DNA from: a virus
Taxonomy: Duplodnaviria; Caudoviricetes
Virus record (IMG/VR): IMGVR_UViG_3300020171_000025
Span: 245 to 64,244 of that record
Length of the DNA stretch: 64,000 nucleotides
Direction: 5' to 3' (one strand)
The position numbers and the translations under genes are program-made. Below the pieces are notes generated by a model that worked only from the letters and a program-made list of their open reading frames with translations, was not told the DNA's origin and searched no databases. Shown here one piece after another: positions 37,101 to 48,010 of this stretch (position 1 is its first letter; every line of letters begins with the position of its first letter).

Positions 37101-38813
37101 ATGAAAGAAGTTCTTGACCAGATACCGGGGAAGATTGAGAAATTAATCAACGGGCATAGAGTAGATATCGAACAAGCCTTTTCGTATTTGCCGGATGAGG
37201 AGGCCCTGACGCTCTCTTTCTCGGCCAAAATCGCCATAGTCAAGGGGAAGAAGATTTGTGAGGTATCGATATCCTTTACGAAGGACAGAGTGAAAGATAG
37301 CCTTCAATTCTCCTGGGATGATGCACCGTTGTTGAAGGTGAAACCATAATATCAAAGGAGGTAGATATGAAAGAACTTTTAAAACAAAGATTGGCTCGTT
37401 GGGGTGTGGCAGAATCCTTTGCGTTGCTTGGGTGGTTGTCCATACTTTTCTTGATAATAATAATATTTTGTTCTTGATGGCAGACAGACCAGTGAGAGCA
37501 TATTACCTTACCTCTGTACCTACTTCGGCGGGGATATCATATCAAATTATGACCGATATTGATTGGTGCGATGATCGATTGGCTTTCTCCACACCAGATT
37601 ATAAGGTAGCCATAGAGGTTTTTGAAAAGTTGGGGAAGAAGCCATGAAAGAACGCTTCCAGTGTAAGAGGCGGAAAAATTGGGCGATCTTAGAAATTGAT
37701 ATCTGCTTGGCCCAGGATTGCCCGGACCTGAAAGAGGGGAGATGTACTTTCAAACCGAACCCGCCAAAGAAAAAGGGGGACAAAAGGAGGGAAACCAATG
37801 TTTAAAAAAGGAGATTGGATTATTGCGACGAGACCGTTCAGGTTTGGTAATGGGTGTGAGGATAGATCATATATGAGTGAGGCTGTAGAAGTAGTTGAAG
37901 CTACCCCCCACCACATTGTTTATTTAGCTAATTATTCTGAAAACCAGCTTATCTTAGAACCAGATCGGATTGAGGGTCAGAAGTTTATTCTTGCCGAGCC
38001 TTGTATTGTCAAGGCAACCCAAGAAAAGAGAAGTTATGGACAGATAGCACAACCCACCCCTAAGAAGAAAGTCCTCAAGACCTTTGAGTGCTGGGTGAAT
38101 GCGTATCCAGATGGGGGTATGGGTGCTCATAAGTCTTTGGCATCAGCAGATATTGGTGCCTGTGAAGGTCGTCTCACCGGAAAAGCCTTCCACTTCGTCG
38201 GTCAATACACGGTGAAGGAATAAGGAGAACCCCAAATGAACTCCGCAATCCACTGTATTTTTAAGGTACGCAACTGGTTTAAATGGCTGTTTTTGTACAT
38301 CTCTCTAAAATGGACGAAATTGAAATTCTTCTTTTATAGGGCTGTAGTCATCTCGAAAGCTGACCTCTTGCAATGTACTATTATCCTTGTGTTTATGGTG
38401 TTTGCGGGTGGTTATTCCCTGTGTTATTACCACTATAAAAACTATGAGTCTGTCCACATGAGAATACTCAATGCACGGTTAGAGAGGGCAGACGAGACTA
38501 ACAGATGGTTAGTCCAGACCCTTTGCGATAGGGATGTGCAGATTAAAGTCATGGAGGGGCATGGGAAGAAGAGGGGGAAGAGATGAAGTGTCGGACATGT
38601 AAGTTTTTCGATGTCAACAAGGAAACCTTAACTCCCAAAGGAAGAATAGGATTAGATACCCGTGGAACTTGCCGAATACCTATCAACTCACAAGAATTGG
38701 TATTGAAATATTCGCTTCCATTTTGGGTAGAAATTGGGGGATATCGAGGAGTATTACCGGATTCACCTACTCATTTTCAGGGTGGGGAATGTCCGGCATG
38801 GTATAAAAAATAG
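37101..38813 (+). other. Small hypothetical ORFs (37101-37349, ~37367-37647, 37798-38223, 38236-38586, 38583-38813)
   Basis: Consecutive ORFs with GGAG(G) RBSs; some hydrophobic or Cys-rich. Confidence 0.55.
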
Positions 38814-38992
38814 AAGCGATGAACTTTTATCGGCCTTACCGCAGGCCACGGAGATCCAGGGTGAGGAATCGGGATGCAAGCCAGACAGGTCAAGTCAGTA
38901 ATCATGGTCCCGACCCTGTGGACATCCTGAATCAGCGGAACATCCCATGAGGGGATAGGGTAGGGGGCCTAACTAGCCCCTGCCCGGAAAGG

Positions 38993-39352
38993 TTGATATT
39001 TAAAATGATTGAGATAAAAAATGCAATTATTGAAAATGCAGAAATTACAAATGACGATCATGGTGTACTATCAGCATGGGTCTATTTGGATTATGGTGGT
39101 TCTGGGCAGGGGTTCGGAGGTTATGCCCTATACTTGCCGAAATCATTTAGCCACCATAAACCTAATGCAGGATATGCCGGTCGCTTTATCTGGCGTGTTA
39201 TGGAGGTTGCGGGGGTAGAAAGATGGTCGGCATTAAAGGGAAAAACAATTCGGGTTAAAGCAGATCATGGAAAAGTCCATGAAATTGGGCATATCGTTAA
39301 GGATGATTGGTTTAATCCTTCCGAAGACTTTAAAAATAAGGAGACACCATGA
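38993..39352 (+). CDS. Phage hypothetical protein
   Basis: EDHG-like motif [48 protein letters not shown]. Confidence 0.7.
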   Translation: MIFKMIEIKNAIIENAEITNDDHGVLSAWVYLDYGGSGQGFGGYALYLPKSFSHHKPNAGYAGRFIWRVMEVAGVERWSALKGKTIRVKADHGKVHEIGHIVKDDWFNPSEDFKNKETP

Positions 39353-39567
39353 GAAAATGGATATTGGAAGAGACGGACGAAGAGCGGATACTACATGAAG
39401 GAGATCTATATCTGTTTGATGATGCAATAGATCGGTGGTCCGTTAGTGAGGTCTCTGTATGTGTGTATCCCGTCCTCAAGCTCACCGAGATCAAAACCGT
39501 TGATGATTGCTGTAAGGTCATCCGAACCATGTTGGACGAAATCAAAAAGGAATGAAAGGAGAGAGGG

Positions 39568-40422
39568 ATGGAAGCGAATAAAGCATTGGTTAAGTCTGAA
39601 TCTTCAGCATATGAATTGATCAAGGTTTCTGAGGTATTGTTCAAATCACAACTTTTCCCAAATGTACGAAACTCATTTGGTGCATATGCGGTTGTCCAGT
39701 ATGGGGCTGAATTGGAGATCCCCCCCATGACTGCCTTACAAACCATGTCCATCATTAGTGGTAAAATCTGCATGGCAGCACAGATGATGCTTACTTTGGC
39801 ACTCAAAAAAGGCGTGTCCTACAAGGTTCTTTCGGACTCGGACAAAGAAGTATCCGTAACCTTCAGCCGACAAGGGTTTGAGCCTTATACCTCATCCTTT
39901 AGTATCGAAGAGGCCAAACGAGCGGGTATCTTTAAGGCCCAGGGGGGATGGGAGAAATGGCCCCGTGATATGTGCTTCTGGAGGGCAGTAACAAGGGGGC
40001 TGAGGCGTATTGCCCCCGATATCGTCTTAGGACTATATGCCATTGAAGAGATCAAGGATGCTCCACCGTTGAATGAGCCTGTTGAGGCAGAAATAATTAC
40101 TCAACACGAACAAGATGTAAAACAGGAAGGGCAACCACCTGAATCTTCCCCAGTGCCTACAGGCATTTTGATTAAGACCGTTACCAAACAAGATAAGAAA
40201 AAAGACGGTACTCCGATGAAGAATCCCCGGTACATTATTAGGGGGGAGAACGAAGGAGAAGAGTATTATACCTTTGATATAAAACTGGCCGAGTTCGCTT
40301 CTAAAAACAAGGAGACAGGTTTTAGGTTTAAGGTTGAATTTGAGGACAAGGATAAATTTGGAAAAGAATTAAAGTCCTTGTCCAATGCTGATCAACCACC
40401 AGAAGGGGCGGAGGAACAATAA
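39568..40422 (+). CDS. Single-strand annealing recombinase (RecT-like)
   Basis: G.EL.IPPM.AL..M.II.GK, FSIEEAKRAG, WEKWPRDM..WRA..R.LR..APD...GLY..EE. Confidence 0.8.
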   Translation: MEANKALVKSESSAYELIKVSEVLFKSQLFPNVRNSFGAYAVVQYGAELEIPPMTALQTMSIISGKICMAAQMMLTLALKKGVSYKVLSDSDKEVSVTFSRQGFEPYTSSFSIEEAKRAGIFKAQGGWEKWPRDMCFWRAVTRGLRRIAPDIVLGLYAIEEIKDAPPLNEPVEAEIITQHEQDVKQEGQPPESSPVPTGILIKTVTKQDKKKDGTPMKNPRYIIRGENEGEEYYTFDIKLAEFASKNKETGFRFKVEFEDKDKFGKELKSLSNADQPPEGAEEQ

Positions 40423-41156
40423 TGGCACTGGTACGATATGGGAAAAACCCACAAGGTGAAACGATTTCAGGTAGCACGACGATTTTGGGCGGTAACTTAG
40501 GGTGGAGCAAACAACCCTTGCTGATTTGGAAGGAGAACCAAGTCAAAGAAGTATCAATCAACTTATTCAGACGTGAACTTGAGGAACTTGGGATTAAGGT
40601 TAGTGACGATGATGTAATGAGGCTCAGGAATAATCTGAACTCGGAGGTTAAGGAAAAGGGTGAAGCTCCCATGACCTCTGGAACGATCCTGCACAAGATG
40701 ATTGAATGCGACCTCAAGGGCATTGAACCAGACCTATCGCAATATCCTAAAGAATTGATTGCCCCTGCCGAAACGGGATTGCTCAATTATTTTGAATGGA
40801 AGGACAATGTAAAATTTAAGGTTCACAAAACAGAGACAAGCCTGATTCACAAGGAATTCTGGTACGGCTCTACCCTTGATTGTGTGGCTTGGATTAATAA
40901 TAAGCTCTCCCTTTTCGACTGGAAACTTGCTGCGGGGATTTACGAGGACTATTTGATTCAGATTGAGAGTTACCGCCGAAACTGGAATTTTAATTTTCCC
41001 TCAGAACCACTTCAGGGGATGCACCTTTTGAAGATTGACAAAGAGAAGGCAGCCTATACCCATCATTATTGGGATCAATGCCCCGAAGCATGGGAGGCGT
41101 TTCTTTGCACATTGAAGTTACACAGCTTACATAGGGTTTTGAAGAAGATGGTGTAA
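40422..41156 (+). CDS. PD-(D/E)XK exonuclease partner of the SSAP
   Basis: GTILH..IE, E..L....YGSTLDCVA, FDWK, IQ..SY. Confidence 0.8.
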   Translation: MALVRYGKNPQGETISGSTTILGGNLGWSKQPLLIWKENQVKEVSINLFRRELEELGIKVSDDDVMRLRNNLNSEVKEKGEAPMTSGTILHKMIECDLKGIEPDLSQYPKELIAPAETGLLNYFEWKDNVKFKVHKTETSLIHKEFWYGSTLDCVAWINNKLSLFDWKLAAGIYEDYLIQIESYRRNWNFNFPSEPLQGMHLLKIDKEKAAYTHHYWDQCPEAWEAFLCTLKLHSLHRVLKKMV

Positions 41157-41431
41157 ATGGGCATGACAGGGGCGTTTCTTGTCGAAGGGGTCTCATGGAG
41201 GCCCAATCCTATAGGTTTCGTGAGATAGCCCCTGTCTGCCCTACCTTTAAGGAGAAGGGGAGGTGATATGGCACCTTGGGAAAAGGATCAACTGAAACGG
41301 GCTAAAAGGAAACTGTTTAGAATATTATTAGCGACTGAATCTCCTGAAGATTTGAGCGAGATAGAAATTCATCTCTTGTCTCTTCTGGAAAAAGATCAAG
41401 ATACTCAAACAATGTTTAAGGAGAAGGGGAG

Positions 41432-42436
41432 ATGAACAAGACCTCGATCGATTATCTTGACTGGACATGGAATCCAATCGCCATGAGATGTACTCCTGTC
41501 AGTGCGGGCTGTGCTCATTGTTGGCATTTGGCCATGGCGAAGAGGCTGGCCAATAACCCAAATATTTCCCAAAAACGTCGAGATGCTTATTCGGGAGGTC
41601 CATTTGTACTCGACCTGAAAGAACTCGAAGCCCCTCTTCATCTCAGGAAGCCTTCCAGGATTGGAGTGCAGTTGATGGGGGATCTGTTTCATGAAACTGT
41701 TCCCGAAGAATTCATAATTAAAACCTTTACGATCATGGAATCCGCCTTCCAGCATACCTTTTTTCTCCTGACAAAAAGACCAGATCGAGCCTTCCGTTTA
41801 CTGTCACATCCGAATTTTCCAGGTCTTGTACGAAAGTATGGGTATGATTGGCTTGGACCCAAAAAATATAACGAGCGTGGCCCTTATTGGAGAAATAACC
41901 AATGGCTCGGCGTCTCCGTCGAGAACCAGCCGACTGCAGACGAGCGGATACCGATCCTCCTTCAAATCCCGGCAGCGCATAGGTGGGTGAGTGTGGAGCC
42001 GATGTTGGGGCAGGTGGATCTCTCAGTGCTGTTCGGTCTTTACGAATTTGACGAAGGAAAATGGGCGTTGAAGGTAGGCTCTCGATGGAGAGACTCCCCT
42101 GACTGGATAGTGTTGGGGGGCGAGACATCCCCGAAGGCAAGGCCCATGCATCCCGATTGGGTAAGAAGTATAAAAGGTCAATGCCAAGCAGCCGGGGTGC
42201 CGTTTTTCTTTAAAAGTTGGGGGGAGTGGATTCCGAGAAGCCATTGGAGAAAACCACATCCAAAAATCCCTTGGGGGACCCTTGACATAGAGGGTAACTG
42301 GTATCCAGAAACTACCCCTTGGAATGGTCACGATGACAATCATGAATGTCCAGAATGCGAAGCGGTAATGTTGAAAGTGGGCCACAAATACTCCGGTTAT
42401 CTCATCGACGGCCAGGAGTGGCGGCAGATACCATGA
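41432..42436 (+). CDS. DUF5131 (gp37/gp68) family protein
   Basis: TSIDY.DWTWNP..CTPVSAGCAHC, MGDLFHE, LLTKRP, WLGVSVENQ..ADERIP.LL, S.EP.LG, GVPFFFK.WGEW. Confidence 0.9.
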   Translation: MNKTSIDYLDWTWNPIAMRCTPVSAGCAHCWHLAMAKRLANNPNISQKRRDAYSGGPFVLDLKELEAPLHLRKPSRIGVQLMGDLFHETVPEEFIIKTFTIMESAFQHTFFLLTKRPDRAFRLLSHPNFPGLVRKYGYDWLGPKKYNERGPYWRNNQWLGVSVENQPTADERIPILLQIPAAHRWVSVEPMLGQVDLSVLFGLYEFDEGKWALKVGSRWRDSPDWIVLGGETSPKARPMHPDWVRSIKGQCQAAGVPFFFKSWGEWIPRSHWRKPHPKIPWGTLDIEGNWYPETTPWNGHDDNHECPECEAVMLKVGHKYSGYLIDGQEWRQIP

Positions 42437-42889
42437 CCTTGACAAATCTTTCTCGTGGTGAGGGAAAACGAGAAGATTTCTGCCCAATCCATAAGGAAGT
42501 AATGGAACTTAGGAGAAAGGGAAACTAAACCCCTAACCTTCGCATTCTGGACACATTTTCATGGAGGAATAGTAGATGATCGAGAGACAAGAACTCCATT
42601 GTCATACTTGCGATAAGTACGTTCAATTTAATCTCGATTTATCCATTGACGGAAATCATGTTTTGGAATGCCCTAACTGTGGGCACGAACATTGTCGAGT
42701 GGTAAAGAAAGGAATAATTACGGACGACAAGTGGGGTCAAAGAAATGGACCTACGATTTATATTACGTCTACCCTTACTACCTATACCATTATATCGGTA
42801 GATACTTCCTCAACTTCTACTTATACTGTATCATGGTTAAATACAGGGGCTACTTATTGAAGAATCAATTATTTAAACAGGTTCACATA

Positions 42890-43681
42890 ATGGACACAAT
42901 AAGAGTATTCCCACGCAAGACTAAGTGGACACCAGAAGATGAATTAGTATTTATTGGCGACCCTCCACTTTTCAGACCTGCACAGATGCCAATTTGTGTG
43001 TCTGTCACTTTTACTTGGGACATTCCTGAAGGCCAAAGACTTCTCCGGGCATGGTCTCAATATTACCAGAATATAACCATTGGAGGGCCAGCCCTCGATG
43101 ATCCAGGTGGGGAATTTGAACCAGGAATGTTTGTGAAGGATGGAGTTGTTGAAACCTCAAGGGGATGTCCTAAGAAATGCGAATGGTGCTTTGTACCACA
43201 AAGAGAAGGGAAACTTAGAGAATTAGAAATCAAGCAGGGCTATATCGTTATCGACAATAACTTGCTTGCCTGCTCTCGATCTCACCTTGCCGGTGTTTTT
43301 CTCATGTTAAGCGAACAAACTAAAGCTGCTCAGTTTAAAGGTGGCCTCGATGCTACCCTATTCCAACCTTGGCACAAATCGCTATTTGATTCAATTCGGG
43401 TATCCGAAATGTTTTTTGCCTGTGACACGGTTGAAGCTATCAAACCACTTGAGAGAGTGGCAAATCTTCTAAATGGGATTTCAATTGAGAAAAAAAGATG
43501 TTTCGTAATGATAGGCCGGGAAGAAACGATTGAAGAAGCAGAAAAACGACTTCAAAAGGTTTATACCCTTGGATTTCTACCATTTGCCCAACTATATCAG
43601 CCAAGAGAAAAAATACAATATCCGAAAGACTGGCGTGACTTAGGAAGGAAATGGAGTAGACCGGCTGCTTATCGCAATTAA
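42890..43681 (+). CDS. Radical SAM protein
   Basis: TSRGCPKKCEWCFVP.REG (CxxxCxxC), DNNLLA, GGLDA. Confidence 0.8.
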   Translation: MDTIRVFPRKTKWTPEDELVFIGDPPLFRPAQMPICVSVTFTWDIPEGQRLLRAWSQYYQNITIGGPALDDPGGEFEPGMFVKDGVVETSRGCPKKCEWCFVPQREGKLRELEIKQGYIVIDNNLLACSRSHLAGVFLMLSEQTKAAQFKGGLDATLFQPWHKSLFDSIRVSEMFFACDTVEAIKPLERVANLLNGISIEKKRCFVMIGREETIEEAEKRLQKVYTLGFLPFAQLYQPREKIQYPKDWRDLGRKWSRPAAYRN

Positions 43682-44124
43682 TGAACCCCTAACCTTCACA
43701 TTCTGGACAACTTGGAGGGGAAATGAAAGAGCGACCAATTCTATTTAAAGGCGATTTGTTATGTTGTCCGTTTTGTGGACAGCAACCCCGCCTAAAAGCA
43801 GGGAAGGTGAAGTGTATAAACCTACAATGCAAGGTGCAACCAAAGATTGTTGCATGGTATGCGCCAGGATATGGCGAAAGGGCCATTGCGGACTGGAATG
43901 ATAGGGCAACATAACCATAAATGGAGATAACCATGAGCAAATACAAAGTATGGCAATGCAGGATCGTGGTTTCGGGGGATGCAAAACTCCCAGATTGGCC
44001 TCCTCGTTTGGCTGCGATACAGGCTGTGGAATCAGCAGGAGTTGAAGTATTAAGTTGTTTTTCGGGTTGGGGAGGGACACTCACAGAAGCGCAGGAGAAA
44101 ATAGTTAAAAGGAGGATAGGATAA

Positions 44125-45063
44125 GTGGCTCAAAAAGAAATATCGATTGTAAGATTTAAAAATAATCCTTTAATAATCCCGAATCCGAACAGCAATTGGA
44201 TGAATAAATGCGTATTCAATTGCGGGGTTATAATTGACGATGACGGCTTATACAAAATGCTTTTCAGGGCTGCTTGGACAGACGACCAGTCGATGTCTGA
44301 CCTCGGATTGGCCCTCAGTGTTGAGGGAACAAAGTGGTATGTGCTAAGTGAACCAGTTTTGAAATCCAGCATGAACGACCACTGCACGCGGGGAATTGAA
44401 GACCCGCGAATAGTGAAATGGAATGGTTGGAAATATATTTTCGCTACTGCTTGTTCGCACGCGGGTGGAAGAGTGGGCATCTGGAGAACAAAGAATTTCC
44501 TTGAATGGGAATGGGTTGGCATTTCGTTTAATCAAGAGGACAAAGACGCCTCAATTTTCCCTGAGCCGATTGGAGGTTGGGTTTATTTACTTCACCGCAA
44601 AGCACCAGATATTTGGATTTCACGAACACAAGCTTTAACGCTAAAAAGCGGGTGGCAAAACACTCAAATTCTAACAAGAAAAAATGATTGGTATCGCAGT
44701 CCTAACACCGGAAATCTTCCTGACAAGATTGGTTTGGCCGGCCCTCCGATTAAAACTCCCAAAGGTTGGTTAGTTATCACTCATATCGTTCACGGCCAAG
44801 GAGAAAATATGTTCAATCGGGTTTACAGTCTGGGATTTATGGTTTTGAATTTGCAAGATCCCACAAAGATTGAATATATCCATCCATCCTTTATCCTATG
44901 GCCGACAGAAAAATATGAGATAATTGGGGAAGTGCCAGTGGTTTGTTTCAGTAATGCCATTATTGATCCTGGTGGTGATGCTCTCTATATCTACTGGGGA
45001 GGGGCTGATACGGTTATCTGTGGGGGTGAATTGTTGAAAGGGGATTTACCTATGTGTTATTAA
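44125..45063 (+). CDS. GH130-family glycoside phosphorylase/hydrolase
   Basis: NPLI.P, VFNCG, GIEDPRIV, KDASIFPE.IGG...LLHR, KIG.AGPPIKT.KGWL...H, V.VVCF, YIYWGGADT. Confidence 0.85.
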   Translation: MAQKEISIVRFKNNPLIIPNPNSNWMNKCVFNCGVIIDDDGLYKMLFRAAWTDDQSMSDLGLALSVEGTKWYVLSEPVLKSSMNDHCTRGIEDPRIVKWNGWKYIFATACSHAGGRVGIWRTKNFLEWEWVGISFNQEDKDASIFPEPIGGWVYLLHRKAPDIWISRTQALTLKSGWQNTQILTRKNDWYRSPNTGNLPDKIGLAGPPIKTPKGWLVITHIVHGQGENMFNRVYSLGFMVLNLQDPTKIEYIHPSFILWPTEKYEIIGEVPVVCFSNAIIDPGGDALYIYWGGADTVICGGELLKGDLPMCY

Positions 45064-46939
45064 GGAGGAGAAGATGGAGAAAGAGATTGAGGAGGAGGAG
45101 GGAGTGAAGGGGTATGAATGGGAGTTGATAAATAAAGAAGCAGATAGGCTCAACAGAGAGAACTGGGAGTTGAAGCAAAGAGTAGGCAAACTTGAGAATT
45201 ATATCAAGTTCAAATCTCTTTGGGAAGATTTTGAGGAGGTATCAAAATGAAAAGAATACACTATAAGGATGATACGTATAAGGATGTTGAAGACGATCAG
45301 GCTTGGGAGTATGAGAACGATCCTTACTGGGAGCGAACAGAGAAGTTAGAGACAACCAACAAGTGTGGGGATGGAACGAAGATCCCAGAGGGAGGCTGTT
45401 TTGGTTGTGCAGAAGGGAAACTCTGTGAGTGAAGGAGGAGAAGATGTCTCCATTGCGATGTTCCTACTGTAGATGTTTTATGCGTGATGGTTATGTATAT
45501 GCTCCGTGGGGAACATACGAGATGACTGAACCACCAGAAGATGAGTTTATTTGTGATAAATGCTTTACTCCAGAACGTAAAAGGATATTAGATTTAATGT
45601 GGCATCCACCAACAAGATTACATAAAGGAGGAGAAGATGAAAGTAATAAATGAATGGAAGCAGGTGGAGGAAAACACTATTACCATCACTGATACGAGTG
45701 GAAAGGGAAAGGGAGAGAAAGAGATTGAGGAGAAGTGGAAGTCTGAAATTAATCCGTATGCTTCACCTGATTATGTAAAGGGCTATCTCCAGGGCTGTAA
45801 AAAGAGGGAGGAGGAACTCAACATACTCCTAAACTTCATCGGTGAGAAATGGCCCATGCCTCTGGGATGGGGGTCGTTAGTGGCACGATTAAGAAGGAGG
45901 TTAAATGAAAAATGAGGAGAAGTGGATGGAAAAGGCTAAGGAATTAGCACCAGATCATTATCTGAATACCTTAACCCAGGACGCTTTCATAAAAGGCTAT
46001 CTCCAAGGCCACCAGGATGAGGCCAAGGAGAGACAGGAGGAGATTGAGAAGTTGATTGACCTAATCTCCGAATCTGGTCCATTGGCGTGGATGGCTCATG
46101 ATAATATATACGCCGCACATGAATGGGAAAAGAAGGCATTTGAATTGATTGGAGGTAAGGTAAGATGATGGAGAAAGATGAGGATAAGTGGGAAAAGGAG
46201 TTTAAGGATTTTTGGAAAACTCAAGGTTGCATTCTCAATGAATCACACAAGTTTGATGCAAAATGTGCTTATCTCCAAGGTTGCCAAAAGAGGCAGGAGG
46301 AGATGGGGAAGGAACAAGAAAAGAAGGAAGAAGACTACCAGAAACTAATCAGAGAGATACTTCTCTGCGATCCCATACCCGCAAAAGATAGACCAGATGA
46401 TCGACTTGAACCTCCTTGGGAAGTAGTTGCCAGAATTAGGGAGAAGTTAGAAGGCAGGATCAAGGAGCTGGAGTCCAAAGAAAATGGATACAGGAAAGTG
46501 ATCGAAGAATTTCAGAAGGTGAATCCTAAACTGGAGACGAGGGTTAAGGAGTTGGAGGAGGGGATTGAGAGGCACATGAAGGAAATCGAAGAGGAATTTG
46601 GTCAGACAATTACACCATCTGATGAAACTCTTTGGAAGCTCATCGAGAAGAAACTGGCAATCATCTTTGGTGGATTGTGGCTGGTTTATTTTCTCTGGCT
46701 TTTACGTGGTGTGTTAATAGAAACAGATAATTGGAGATGATATGATCTCACAACTATGGAAGTGGATTGCAGAGTTTGATGTGATCTGGAATAAAGAGGT
46801 TCCTAACATCTTCAGCGAGGACCAAAAACATTACCGATTTGCGAGATGGGGATATATTCAGGGAAGGAAGGAGAAAGATGCCTGCCCTCATGCACCTGCA
46901 TCTTTAGCTTGTCAAGACACTCGCTTCTCTAAGGTATAA
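45062..46939 (+). repeat. Array of small acidic ORFs sharing DNA modules
   Basis: AAGGAGGAGAAGATG at 45062, 45432 and 45625; E.[EK].EEKW and [GA]Y[LI]QG...R.EE motifs recur across ORFs. Confidence 0.75.
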
Positions 46940-47106
46940 CGAATTTCCTTTCATTTGACGGCTCGATCCCCCACTTCTGTTTGATCTCCAGAAGGTCCAG
47001 GATAATCTTCATCACATCGTCCATGTGACGCTCCTTCTCATTATATAAAAAATTTGCCAGTGCTTGGGCTTGATCCTTATTTTCACAGGCCACTATCGGT
47101 ACTTTG

Positions 47107-47421
47107 TCAGATGACATCCGGTATATCCTCCATGCTGTAGTAGACATCCATTCCTAAGTTTTGAGCTAAGTTAACTTCTCTGTCTGCCCCCTTGCTCTCT
47201 CCTGGTACTCTCAATACTGCATCACAATCTGGTAGCCATTCCAGACACCAATTCATCCACCATTCCCAAGGATGAGGATAGACTTCATGCCATAAATGGT
47301 TTAAATGAGGGATAAACGGGATATGACCTCTTCTCGCAACACAATCCCCGTAATGAATAGCCACCTGAACATTTGTTTCAGTATCCCCCATAGAATACGG
47401 TGCAGCGATATAAATCTTCAA
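47107..47421 (-). CDS. DUF4406/nucleoside deoxyribosyltransferase-like protein
   Basis: KIYIAAPYS, GHIPFIPHL, CDAVLR.PGESKGADREV..A..LG..V. Confidence 0.75.
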   Translation of the reverse strand: MKIYIAAPYSMGDTETNVQVAIHYGDCVARRGHIPFIPHLNHLWHEVYPHPWEWWMNWCLEWLPDCDAVLRVPGESKGADREVNLAQNLGMDVYYSMEDIPDVI

Positions 47422-47483
47422 GTAATCTCCATTTTGTGTGTCGTTTGTAACCTGTACAGCCTACCTAAGTCATACAAAATATA

Positions 47484-47677
47484 CCCCGTGATTATACCGG
47501 CTCACGGGATCAGAAGCCTTGTCCGATACCATAAGGCATGGAGTAGTGTTCAGCAGAGTGGCGTGTTCACTGGAATGGCTTGTTCACTGTCGGCGTGAAC
47601 ACATAGTGAACAGGGGCCATCCAACTAAGGGTGATGGTAAACCATCTGCTTGTCTGACTTGCTCCAGTCCTTAGTTG
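47484..47677. ncRNA. Candidate structured RNA with a possible pseudoknot
   Basis: Four consecutive intergenic stems; loop sequence GTGAACAC is complementary to flanking GTGTTCAC. Confidence 0.45.
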
Positions 47678-47682
47678 TAGGC

Positions 47683-48003
47683 CTATGCCGTGCTAAAATT
47701 CACCTTCTTCCGGTAAATTCGTTTTCTCTTCTTCATCATTTCCCAAAGGAATGGAGGCCATCTTTTCGCTACCGCAAAAGTAGCAAATACACTTCCCGCA
47801 ATATAACAAAGGGAAAACGGTAGATAAAAGCGGTCCACCACAAGTATGACAATGAGAAGGAGTCCCAACGATTCGTCGAGAAAGTCCAGCATGGTAGCCC
47901 ATTTCTCGTTCTTGATAATTGTAGAGTACGTCCCCATCCGTACAAGATACACCTCCACAAACCTTGCAACCAGGATGAATAGACATAGTAAGAGGATCTT
48001 CAT
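47683..48003 (-). CDS. Small membrane protein (DUF2179/DUF5698-like)
   Basis: Three hydrophobic segments; F..E and Y..GSV.ATF pattern. Confidence 0.6.
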   Translation of the reverse strand: MKILLLCLFILVARFVEVYLVRMGTYSTIIKNEKWATMLDFLDESLGLLLIVILVVDRFYLPFSLCYIAGSVFATFAVAKRWPPFLWEMMKKRKRIYRKKVNFSTA

Positions 48004-48010
48004 TTGTCAT

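Noticed and set aside
42528-43709. Integron attC sites
   Set aside because: Only a CCCTAAC-type start; no complementary GTTRRRY end and no integron integrase in the window.
45062-46939. CRISPR array or DGR template/variable repeat
   Set aside because: Repeats are short, irregularly spaced and coding; no adenine-specific mismatch pair and no reverse transcriptase or cas gene.
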